Shown: piece by piece, positions 25,701 to 37,082 of the stretch
Layout: each line of letters opens with the position of its first letter
How positions within the stretch are numbered: position 1 is the first letter of the stretch
Origin: Paramoeba atlantica
Lineage: Eukaryota; Protista; Discosea
Length of the DNA stretch: 64,000 bases
Assembly (NCBI GenBank): GCA_977017575.1
Contig: CDRNVI010000196.1
Coordinates: 1 to 64,000 of the forward strand
Direction: 5' to 3'
Made by a program: the position numbers and the translations under genes
Notes under the pieces: generated by a model
What the model was told of the DNA's origin: nothing
What the model saw: the letters and a program-made list of their open reading frames with translations, nothing else
Database searches by the model: none

Positions 25701-26214
25701 GACCAAAATATCCAACATTCCATGCCCCCTTTTTTTGAAAAAGAGAAGAGATTGAGAAAGAGAAGAAAGAGAAAAGAGAGAGAGAAGAGAGGGAGAAAGA
25801 AGAGAGAGAAGAGAGGGAGAAAGAAGAGAGAGAAAGAAAATAGAAGAGAGGAAAGAGGAGAAGAGAAGAAAAAGAAAAAAGCAAAACTTGAAGTTGAAGA
25901 GAATTTGGTTGGTCATGAAATTGCCATTGCAAAGGGAAAAGAGGATCACTAAATCTCTTCTTTTCAGCTCTCTTTTCCACATTTCTTTTCTTTTCTTCTT
26001 CTTCTTCTCTTTCTTTTCTTTTCTTCTCTTTTCTTTCTTTTCTATTTTCTTCTCTCTTTATTTGCTCTCGATCCTGACTGTCAAGAATTTCTTTTGAAGA
26101 AGAAGAAGAAGAAGAAGAAGAAGAAGAAGAAGAAAAACTCTTCATACAAAAGAAAAGAAAGAGAGAATAAACTACCACAACAAAAAAGAAAACAAACTTT
26201 TTCTTCATCCCCAT
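13990..26214 (-). CDS. Large kexin/furin-like pseudoprotease with two tandem S8+P(PA-insert) modules, Pro/Ser stalk, Cys-rich region, TM and acidic tail
   Basis: Signal-like start at 26214 and a KKR|[13 protein letters not shown] maturation-site pattern. Module 1: [50 protein letters not shown] domain [23 protein letters not shown]. Module 2 starts in exon 21117-20959 ([12 protein letters not shown]) and continues [53 protein letters not shown]. The stalk spans 15240-15710, the TM is [17 protein letters not shown] and the acidic tail ends at 13990. Confidence 0.8.
19431..19800. repeat. Triplicated ~151-bp unit spanning an exon 3' end and splice donor of the pseudo-convertase
   Basis: catcacgctgagcattcaa.gtctgagtct.acaattgcccat... 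occurs at 19733 (true exon end), 19582 and 19431, separated by (AAT)n tracts. Both extra copies carry CAG->TAG. Confidence 0.9.
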
Positions 26215-26872
26215 TTCAAAAAATCAAAAAAATAAATTAATTCTCAAAAAATTGACTTTGTCAAGAAGAAAAAAGATTTTTGGTGACCCTTTTTTGTGAA
26301 GGAAATTGAGAGAGGAAAAAGACGTGCGGCTGTTGCGAGCGTCCCAAAGTGACCACTGCGGAGAAGGTGATTGGTTTTTGTGACTCTTTTCTGAGAGAAA
26401 GAGAGAGAGAGGAAAGACGTTGCGAAGCGATCACAAAAGATTGAGCACTTCCGCAAAGTCAAAAATAAGGAAACAAGGTTTCAAAAATCTGGAGGTGGTG
26501 AGATAAACTTTGTTTGAAGATGGGAGAGGTTAAGGTTGGAAAACGAAGAGGGAAGAGAAGAGGTGGTTCTGTTTTTGGTTCGGTTTCTTTCCTTCTCTTT
26601 TCCTTCTCAATTCTCCTCTCTCGTTCACACCACGCAAAAAAGATAACTCCAACATCCGACCGATATTACTTATTTAGTAAATATTTAGGTCACTATTTTT
26701 GGCCATCTTATTGTTTTGGTTTTGCCCACTGGACGAAGAAAGAGAGGAAACCAAAGAAGAAGAAAGAGAGAGGAAGAAACCGAGAAGAGAGTACTGTTTG
26801 GTCCAAAACTAAAAAGGCAACTGCCCCTTTTTGTTCAAAGAGAGTGTTTCAGAGAGGAGAGAAGAGAGAAAA

Positions 26873-28511
26873 ATGGAAGAGAAGAAAACCGAACCAAGCA
26901 CGGAGGAGGACGCAGAGCTCGTTGCTGCAATTGAAAAGGGAGATGAAGAACTTGTGAAAGAGATTCTCCAAAAAGAAGAAATTGATGTTAACTTCAAAGA
27001 CAAGGTTTCACAAAAAATTGTTATTCAGAAGAGTTGAGTCTTTCAAAAGCTGGACTGGATTTTTGTTTCTTTTTTTGATTAATTGTTTTTTTTAAGGATG
27101 GAATGACCCCTCTTCACTGGGCTGCTCAGAATGATTTTGAGAAAGGTGTGAAGATTTTGATTGAAAAAGGAGCGAATGTTGATCTTCAAAACGAAGTTTT
27201 TTTGATTTTTGATTTCTTTTTTTTTTATGTGTTTTTTGATGTTTTTCTTCTGATTTGGTTGTTTGGTTTCTCAAAAACAAGAATTAACTCTTGTTGATTT
27301 GTTGATGTTTTGATGTTCTTTTTGTTAAAGGACGGAAAGACCCCTCTCCACTGTGCTGCTGAGAATTATTCAGAAGAAGTGATGAAAATTCTGGTTGATC
27401 ATGGGGCCAATCCTGATATTCGAGATGCAGTTTTGATTTTATCTTTTTTTTTTTGGTCTTTTTGTTTGTTGATTGTTCTCTTTTTGTTCAAGGTTGGATG
27501 GTCCCCTCTTCTCTGTGCTATTTCTGACGATTCAGATGAAGTTGCGAAATTTCTTGTCGAACATGGAGCTGATGTTAATCTTCAAGACTCCAATGAAAGG
27601 GTTCAAAAAAAAAACAAATTTCATGAAAACAAACTTCATCTTTTTTAAACAAATTTCATTTTAACTTCATTTTTCTTTTTTCTCAGGTGGGATTTGCTCC
27701 TCTTCATTTTGCTGCAATTTCTGAGAACCAAACAATTTTAACAAATCTTCTTGAACATGGAGCTGATGTTGATCTTCAAGACGATGTTTTGATTTTTTTC
27801 TTTTTTTGTTTGTTTTTGAGGAACAGAGAGAGCAATCCAATTGTGTTGAAAAATAATTTTAATTTTAATTTTGTTGATTTGTTCATTAGAAAGGATTTTC
27901 CCCTCTTCATGTGGCTGCTGACAATTGCTTTGAAGGAATTGTGGAAATTTTGGTTGAACACGGAGCTAAGATTGATCTTCAAAACAAAGTATTTTGTTTT
28001 TATCTAATTGATGTTATTTTGATGTTCTATTTTTGTTTTGTTCATCAAAAAACTAACTTTTTTTTTGTTAATTTTGTTTGTGTGATTTACAGGGTGGAAA
28101 TACCCCTCTTCATTTGGCTGCTAGGCAGAGTTTTCAAGAAGGTGCAAAAATTCTTGTTGAAAATGGAGCAAAGATTGATCTTCAAAACAAAGTTTTTTTT
28201 TTGTCTCCTTTTTTGAAAGAGAGAGAGATGACGATGTTTATTTTTGGAGTGTTTCGAATGCTTGAATTGATTAACACCAATTCCTTGACCGAATTTTTTT
28301 GAACTCTTTTTTTTCTTAGGATGGGAAAACAGTCTTTGATGTTGCAAGAGATCATCGAATTGTTCAACTAATCAACCAATTGATGGTTTGATTTTTTTCT
28401 TTTCTTTTTACAATTTTCAATTTTTGATTTTTGATTTTTGATTTTTGATTTTTGTAGGAGAAAAATATCAAGCCAGCAAGAAAAAAACGAAAGCTAACTC
28501 CAAAGGGATGA
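26873..28511 (+). CDS. Ankyrin-repeat protein, one repeat per exon, C-terminal basic NLS-like tail
   Basis: MEEKK...ELVAAIEKGDEELVKEIL, followed by exons DGMTPLHWAAQ, DGKTPLHCAAE, VGWSPLLCAIS, VGFAPLHFAAI, FSPLHVAAD and GGNTPLHLAAR. Ends EKNIKPARKKRKLTPKG*. Confidence 0.85.
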
Positions 28512-29290
28512 GAACAAAAAAAAAAGAAGACCAAAAAAAAAATTCTTTTTCTCTTGAATGTCAAAAGTGAAAGTTCTTCTCTGTTCCTTTCCTTCTCTTG
28601 GAACCAAGACAGTTCCTTCTCTTTCAATTATGATGTCCCTCTGAAGAGGACACCACAATCTGTGACAGATTTCTCTGCCAGATTGGTTTGATTTGATTTG
28701 ACCAACTTCGAAGTTTTTCAGTTGGGGAGGCATTTCTTTTTCGGTTTGGCTCTGGATTCTTTCTTCTGTTGGAGAGGATTCTTTATTCCGTTTTTCGTTT
28801 TCGGTTCCTCGTTCAACATTCCGAAAAACGAATTCAAAGTTCTTCGAAAATTCAAAGTCGGGAAATCACAAAATTCTCAGAGATGATGAAATTCATTTGG
28901 ATCAAATCTCTGATTTGACAAATGACACACAGAAAGCTGAAAAACAATTGGTTGAGGATATTTCTTCTTTTTTAAAAACCCGAACGGATATCGGTAAGGA
29001 AGATTGACATATTTGGACAGACAAATTTGGATTTTTGGGGAGAAGCGGTGTTCCCTTCAAAAGTACCTGACGAAAAGGGTAAAAATGGGGTTGCGGCGAC
29101 CTCCACAATCAAAAAATTCCAAAATCTTGGGGAACTTTGGGGGTCCCTGTTCTTGATTGCCGGCCTCTTTGGCCTCTCCATACCCTCCATTCAAATTAAC
29201 TATGAGAAAGTTCCATCAGGGTGTCACAGCCAAAAAAAATTCAAACCAGAAAAAAAATTGAAAGGAAAAATTCCGAATTCCAAAATTCCA

Positions 29291-31089
29291 ATGACGCGGA
29301 TCGTTCTTTGCCTTCTCTTCTTTTTCTCGTCTCTCTCTCTCCACGTCCTGGGTTCGTCTCATTCTGAAGCACCCGGAACTGCCAAAATTCCAAGCGCCGA
29401 TGCTGTTGATTTCTACATGTTTCGATCCTACGAGGATGACCGAGAGGATTACACAACTTTTATCTTGAATGCCTATCCACTCCAGGACCCGTTTGCTGGG
29501 CCAAACTATTTCGCGTTGAGTGACCAACACTTTTATCAATTCCACATCGACAATGACGGTGATGCAGTCTCGGATATCGACATTTCTTTTTACTTTGGGG
29601 CTCAGTTGGGAGGAGAGGAGTATCAAACACCCTTCGACCCGGAGTTCTGTGATTGCAATTCTGGTACCGTACCAGATGAAACCAAACACCATGGACTTAC
29701 CGTTGATATTTTGGATGCTGATGGTGTGTCTATCAATCATCCCCAATTTGTCCCATTGAAGTTTATTGGGCCAGTGAGCGGACCAGACGATGCAACCCTC
29801 AACTTCAAAGAGACTTTCCAAATCCGATGGACGCAAGGTGGTGTGGATACTGAGATCGAAAATCCGAGTGGAGGCTTCTCTTTCCCAAAGCCATTTGACT
29901 ACGCTGGAGAGAAAACTTTTGGGGATGCTGAAACTTATGAATCGTATGCTCGTTCGTTCATCCAGAGCTTTTCGATTCCTAATTGCGCAGAACAAGGAAA
30001 AGTATTTGTGGGTCAGAGAAAAGAGCCATTCCATATCAATCTCGGGAAAATCTTTGATTTGGTTAACTTTATCCCAATTCAAGACTTTATTGAGCAGAGC
30101 GATAATAATAATGATCTCAGATTTATTAGTACCACTTCTCTTGTCATCGAGTTGCCAACCTCGTGTGTTTTGGGTGCCTCAGACGTTATTGGAGCTTGGA
30201 CAACGGTTAACCAACTTTGTCATGCGGGTGCGGATCATGTTGTTGGAGAGCAGTTCTCTCGATTGGGTAATCCTCTTGTCAATGAGTTGGTGATTGGTTT
30301 GGAAAAGAAAAAGGACTTCAATCAACAACCTCCAACAGACGATGCAGCCTCTTTCTTGGACTTTGTTCAATTCCCCTCCTTCCCAGCGATTTTGGATTTG
30401 TTGTTCAGAGATGCGGTCAATGATGCAATGGGCACTGATATTAGCAATCTTGCTCCTAACAACTTACCAAGGAATGATTTGGTCACTGTCTTCCTCACCG
30501 GAATTGCAGGGCTCAACATGCCTCCTGATCCAAACTTTATGGCTTCCGAAATGATGCGATTGAACACAACTGTCCCTCCAACAAAGAGGCAAAATCAAGA
30601 ACATTTGGGTATGTTATTTTCTTTTTTTTTCTTTCTTTTTTGCTTGTTTTGAGATATTTTTCTTGATTTTTTGCTTCAAATGAAAATTTTTCCTCCTCCT
30701 TCCTTGTTGGGTGCTGATTTTTCGAAAATTGAATAGGTTTGATTGGTGGAGATAGTGCTGGATTCCCGAATGGACGTCGACCTGGAGATGATGTGGTCGA
30801 TATTGTGTTGCGAGTGGCAATGGGAGTTCTTTGTTATTTAACTGATTTATGTGAAGAAGGCAATGCGCCTGTAGGAAATGTCCTGTTTACGGATGGAGCC
30901 CCTCTGACAGCGAGCGATTTTGATGATGAATTCCCTTATTTAAGGACACCAGTTCCAGGGTCCCCTTTCCCTGGGAGTGGGACTCCGTCTCCGTCTCCAT
31001 CCTCTTCCAGTGCAAATCTGTTGTCAGTCTCGACAAGCCTCTTTCTTGTTGCTCCTCTTTTGGCGATTTTGAATTTGTTCTGGTTTTAA
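29291..31089 (+). CDS. DUF4331 family secreted protein with probable GPI-anchor signal; one intron (30609-30736)
   Basis: Signal peptide followed by SSHSEAP...DAVDFYMFRS (DUF4331 SSHREAP..D.TD.YAFRS). Also YQFHIDNDGD, VFVGQRKEPF, QFSRLGNPLVNE and GFPNGRRPGDDVVDI, ending in a Ser-rich spacer plus hydrophobic tail LLSVSTSLFLVAPLLAILNLFWF*. Confidence 0.85.
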
Positions 31090-31443
31090 AGAATCAAAAT
31101 TTTTTTTGGATTGAATAAACCTGCTGGCGATAAAACCTGTCTGAAAAAATCATTTTTTTCTTTTTTGGTGACCAGAACACATCCTCTCTGTGCATCAACA
31201 CTCAATAGAGATTCTAGAGAAGTTTGCAAACAAAAATACAAAAAGAAGATCATGAAATGACAAAAAATTCTTTTTTTTCTTTTTTTCTTTCTCAAAGTGA
31301 TTTTTTGAATGTCCTGATTTTAAAAAATTCCCTTTTTTTTTTCAAAATTGTTGGGTCTGTTCTCCGAAATTTTTGGGTTTTTTGAAAAAGCCAAAAAAAA
31401 GACCTCAGAGGTTCAACTCAGAGGTTGAGGGTGGTGAAGCTCC

Positions 31444-32589
31444 TCATTTTCTTGCTGGTTTGATATATTTCCCCTAATAAGAATAATAATAAAATGAATT
31501 AGATTCACAAAGAAAAGAATATTGACACACAAAAAAAAAGAAAAATAAAACCATCAATTTGTTGAGCAGTTCAAGAATTTCTTCATCATCTGTCATGTCA
31601 AAGACTGTATTCCCATCCTAACACAAAAAAGAAAAAGAGGTTCCACAAAATCAATTCAATTGAATATTCAAATTCAGACTCAAACCTCAATAAAAAAAGA
31701 TAAAAATCAAAATACTTTGTTTTGAATATCAACATTGGCTCCGCATTCAACCAAAATTTCTACAACATCTTTATGAAAATTGGTCACAGCAGAGTGAAGA
31801 GGGGTCCATCCCTCCTAACAACAAGTCAATAAAATCAAACAAAGAAAAGAAAATGAGATTATATTTGATATCCAACAGCCCCCCTCCTTTGATCTTTTAC
31901 ACACCCCAATCTCAAAAAATAAAACACAAAATAGAACATCAAAAAGAAGGACAGAGCAATAAAAAAATAAAAAAAAAAATAAAAAATAAAAAATACATTG
32001 TTTTGGATATCAATCTTTGCTCCCTGTTCAACAAGAAAGTTCACAATTTCTTTAAAACCATTGTTCGCAGCAAAGTCAAGAGGGGTATCTCCATCCTAAC
32101 AAAAAAAAAACTCAAAACATACCAAAATAGAAATCAAATATCAAAAATAAGGTCAAAAAAAAAAAGATAAAATCAAATTACATCATTTTGAAGATTAATC
32201 TCAGGTCCATGTCTGACCAAATTTTTCACAATTTCTTCAGAACCCCCCCAAACAGCACAATGAAGAAGGGAATCTCCAACCTAACAACAAATTAACAAAA
32301 TCAATAAATCAAACACAAAAGAAAAGAAAAAGAAGATTTCCTCCTCCTTTGATATTTTTCGAAAACAATATTGGAAAAAAAAAAGAAGAAACTTCAAAAA
32401 AACAAGAATTTCATTTTTTGAAACAAAAAAAACATCAAAAAACAAAAGAGAGATTCTAAATACAATTATAAAAATAACCTTATCTTTGCAGTTAATATCA
32501 ATTTTTTGGGTTTGGAGAATCTCTTGTACAAGTTCTTTATCTTCTTTTTCAATCGCTTCAAAAAGCCTGTTTTCTGAGTCATCCGCCAT
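31444..32589 (-). CDS. Ankyrin-repeat protein (tandem array copy A)
   Basis: MADDSENRLFEAIEKEDKELV, then 99-nt exons VGDSLLHCAVW, DGDTPLDFAAN and EGWTPLHSAVT, then DGNTVFDM. Ends GKYIKPARK*. Confidence 0.8.
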
Positions 32590-33038
32590 CTCTTCTTCTT
32601 TTTGGGAGATAAATATTTTTGGGGTTTGATTTTTGATTTGAGTGATTGGTGATTTGTTCTCTCTTTCCTTTCAATTCATTCACTTGTTTGGAGAAGGATT
32701 TTAAGAGAAAGAGAGAAAGAGAAAGAGAAACAAGAAAACAATTTTCTAAAAATAGGGAGCTAAAAGTTCAAAACTCTTCTTCATTTTCATGAAACAATGG
32801 CAATCGACTCTTCTTCATTTTCTCTCTCCATTTCTTCTTTTTTAAAAAGATGTGGAAATTGAATAGAGCCATTCTCTAAAGCAAGAATTTCCTCTTCAAA
32901 GTATTCCTCAAAACTGACAATTTTTTCCTTTTTTCGAAAGCTTTTCTTCAAAACAGAAACACATTCAAAAAATCACTTTTAAAAGAAATATTTTTTTGAT
33001 CTTCTTTTGTCTCTTTGTTTGCATATTTCCTCACTCTT

Positions 33039-34636
33039 TCATTCTCTTGGATTTAGTTTTCTTTTTTTTCTTGCTGGCTTGATATTTTTCCCCTAAAATA
33101 GTAAAATGAATTAGTTTCACTAAAAGAAAATTGGAACAAAAAAGAGTAAAGGAAAATTAAAACAATTGATTTGTTGAATAGTTCAATAATTTCTTCATCA
33201 TCTGTCATGTCAAAGACTGTATCCCCATCCTGTTCAACACAAAAAAGAAAAAGAAGTTCAAAAAAGAAATATCCGCCCCTCAAAATCATTCAATCAATTG
33301 AACATTCAAATTAGAACTCAAAAACATCAATAAAAAAAGATAAAAATACTTCGTTTTGAATACCAATCTGAGCTCCATGTTCAACCAATATTTCCACAAC
33401 TTCTTTCTCTTTACTGGAAACAGCAGAGTGAAGAGGCGTACATCCATCCTAACACAAATCAATAAAATCAAACAAAGAAAAGAAAGATTATATTTCCTTT
33501 GATGGCAACCCCCCCAATTCAAAACAAAAACAGAACATCAAAATAAGGATGTTAATAAAAAAAGATAAAAAATACCTTGTTTTGGATATCAATCTTTGCT
33601 CCATGTTCAACAAGAAATTTCAATATTTCTTCAAAACCATTGGTCGCAGCAAAGTGAAGAGGGGTATTTCCAGCCTAACAAAAAGTTAAAATAAACCAAA
33701 AGAGAAATTAAACATCAAAAATAAGACCAAAAAAAAAGATAAAATCAAAACTTCATTTTGAAGATTAACACTAGCTCCACATTTCACAAGAAATTTCACA
33801 ATTTCACTCAAATCCTCCCAAACAGCAAAATGAAGAGGGGTATCTCCGTCCTAACAAAAAATCAAAACAAACCAAAATAGAAATCAAACATCAAAAAGAA
33901 GATAAAAAAAAAGATAAAATCAAAACTTCATTTGGAAGATCAATCTTAGCTCCATGTTCAACAAGAAATTCCACAATTTCTTTAAAACTGTTATCCTTTC
34001 CAGCAGCTAAGTGAAGAGGGGTATTTCCAAGCTAACAAAAAAAACAATATCAAAATAGATAATAAAAAAAAGATAAAAAAAACAAATAAAAATTTTAAAT
34101 AAAATCAAAAATACTCTGTTTTGAAGATCAATCTCAGCTCCATGTTCAACCAATATTTTCACAACTCTCTCAAACCCCTCCCAAGCAGCCCAATGAAGAG
34201 GGGTATTTCCATTCTAACAAAATCAACCAAAATCAAACAAAGAAAAGAAAAAGAAGATCAAATTTGAAATTCATCAAAACAATCTCCTCTCCTTGATCTT
34301 TTTGTAAAAAAAGAATTCACAAAAGAGATAACCGGATCTTTGCAATTAAACTCGATTTCTTGTGTTTGGAGAATCTCTTGTACAACTTCTTCATCTTTAT
34401 GTTCAATCACATCAAAAAGCTTCTTTTTTGAGTCCTCACCCATCTCTTCTTTTTTTGAGAGAGCAATCTTTTGGGACTCATTATTTGAATGAAAAAGAAA
34501 CAAACAAAAACTATTTTGTGAAAACCTTGTCTTGGCAGTTAAGATTGGTTTCTTGTGTTTGGAGAATCTCTTGTACAACTTCTTCATCTTTATGTTCAAT
34601 CACATCAAAAAGCTTCTTTTCTGAGTCATCCGCCAT
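33039..34636 (-). CDS. Ankyrin-repeat protein (copy B) with duplicated first exon (ATG at 34636 or 34443)
   Basis: Two first-exon copies, MADDSEKKLFDVIEHKDEE (34636-34526) and MGEDSKKKLFDVIEHKDEE (34443). Five internal xGxTPLH exons. Ends GKNIKPARKKRKLNPRE*. Confidence 0.8.
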
Positions 34637-35055
34637 CTCTTCTTCTTTTTGGGAGATAAATATTTTGGGGTTTGATTTTTGATTTGAGGATTGATCCTTG
34701 TTCTCTCTTTCCTTTCAATTCATTCACTTGTTTGGAGAAGGATTTTAAGAGAAAGAGAGAAAGAGAAGAGAAACAAGAAAAAGAAAACAATTTTCTAAAA
34801 ATAGGGAGCTAAAAGTTCAAAACTCTTCTTCGTTTTCTCTCCATTTCTTCTTTTTTTAAAAAAGATGTGGAAATTGAATAGAGCCATTCTCTAAAGCAAG
34901 AATTTCCTCTTCAAAAGTATTCCTCAAAACTGACAATTTTTCCCTTATTTCGAAAAGGTTTTCTTCAAAACAGAAACACATTCAAAAAATCACTTTTAAA
35001 AGAAATATTTTTTTGATCTTCTTTTGTCTCTTTGTTTGCATATTTCCTCACTCTT

Positions 35056-36588
35056 TCATTCTCTTGGATTTAGTTTTCTTTTTTTTCTTGCTGGCTTGAT
35101 ATTTTTCCCCTAAAATAGTAAAATGAATTAGTTTCACAAAAAGAAAATTGGAACAAAAAAGAGTAAAGGAAAATTTAAACAATTGATTTGTTGAATAATT
35201 CAATAATTTCTTCATCATCTGTCATGTCAAAGACTGTATCCCCATCCTGTTCAACACAAAAAAGAAAAAGAAGTTCAAAAAAGAAATATCCACCGCTCAA
35301 AATCATTCAATCAATTGAACATTCAAATTAGAACTCAAAAATATCAATAAAAAAAAGATAAAAATACTTCGTTTTGAATACCAATCTGAGCTCCATGTTC
35401 AACCAATATTTCCACAACTTCTTTCTCTTTACTGGAAACAGCAGAGTGAAGAGGCGTACATCCATCCTAACACAAATCAATAAAATCAAACAAAGAAAAG
35501 AAAGATTATATTTCCTTTGATGGCAACCCCCCCAATTCAAAACAAAAACAGAACATCAAAATAAGGATGTTAATAAAAAAAGATAAAAAATACCTTGTTT
35601 TGGATATCAATCTTTGCTCCATGTTCAACAAGAAATTTCAATACTTCTTCAAAACCATTGGTCGCAGCAAAGTGAAGAGGGGTATTTCCAGCCTAACAAA
35701 AAGTTAAAATAAACCAAAATAGAAATTAAACATCAAAAATAAGATTAAAAAAAAAGATAAAATCAAAACTTCATTTTGAAGATTAACACTAGCTCCACAT
35801 TTCACAAGAAATTTCACAATTTCACTCAAATCCTCCCAAACAGCAAAATGAAGAGGGGTATCTCCGTCCTAACAAAAAATCAAAACAAACCAAAATAGAA
35901 ATCAAACATCAAAAAGAAGACAAAAAAAAAAGATAAAATCAAAACTTCATTTTGAAGATTAACACTAGCTCCACATTTCACAAAAAATTTCACAATTTCT
36001 TCACAACCATTGGTCGCAGCAAAGTGAAGAGGGGTATTTCCAGCCTAACAAAAAGTCAAAACAAACCAAAATAGAAATCAAACATCAAAAAGAAGACCAA
36101 AAAAAAAAAGATAAAATCAAAACTTCATTTGGAAGATCAATCTTAGCTCCATGTGCAACAAGAAATTCCACAATTCCTTTCAAACTGGTATCCTTTCGAG
36201 CAGCGAAGTGAAGAGGGGTATTTCCAAGCTAACAAAAAAAACAAAATAGATAATAAAAAAAAGATAAAAAAAACAAATAAAAATTTTAAATAAAATCAAA
36301 AATACTCTGTTTTGAAGATCAATCTCAGCTCCATGTTCAACCAATATTTTCACAACTCTCTCAAACCCTCCCAAGCAGCCCAATGAAGAGGGGTATTTTC
36401 ACCCTAACAAAATCAACCAAAATCAAACAAAGAAAAGAAAAAGAAGAGATCTTTTTGTAATTCACAAAAGAGATAACCGCATCTTTGCAATTAAAATCGA
36501 TTTCTTGTGTTTGGAGAATCTCTTTCACAACTTCTTCATCTCCATGTTCAATTGCATCAAAAAGCTTCTTTTCTGAGCCATCCGCCAT
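35056..36588 (-). CDS. Ankyrin-repeat protein (copy C), near-identical to copy B plus one extra repeat exon
   Basis: MADGSEKKLFDAIEHGDEE, six internal TPLH exons, and the same terminal exons as copy B. Confidence 0.8.
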
Positions 36589-37082
36589 CTCTTCTTTTTG
36601 AGAGATCAATATTTTTGGGGTCTGATTTTTGATTTGGGCAATTGACCGTTCTCTTCTCTTTCCTTTCAATCCATTCACTTGTTTGGAGAAGGACAACGAG
36701 CGTGGTGAAAAAAGAGAGAAACAAGAAGAAAAAAAGGGGAGAGAGAAATAAAGAAACAAGAAAAACAAGAAATTAGCACCTTTCTCCAAAAATAAGGTGC
36801 TAAAAAACCGGAAAGAGAAGAGATTTCCATTGAAACAAAAAATTGAGAGAAATGAGAAATGAGAATCTCATTTGGAATTTACTTGTGTTTGAGTCTCTTT
36901 TTCAAAAATGTGAGAATTATGTTCGTGTGTTTTTCCAAAAGATGGATAACTTTTATGATTACCAATGACGAAATTATTTTTGATGATTCATCACAACTCA
37001 AAAAAAAAAACTCTTTAAAAAAACAAATTTATTAAACAAAAAAAAAAAAACAATCGAAATAAATAAAAAAAAACTTCCAATC

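Larger units (their letters stand above)
32575..36620. repeat. ~2-kb direct tandem duplication (ankyrin gene plus upstream spacer)
   Basis: The sequence from ~32575 (ctgagtcatccgccatc...) is repeated nearly verbatim from ~34621, including intergenic spacer and introns. Confidence 0.9.

Noticed and set aside
29216-30082. 288-aa antisense ORF overlapping DUF4331
   Set aside because: Shadow of a GC-richer coding exon; no recognisable motifs.
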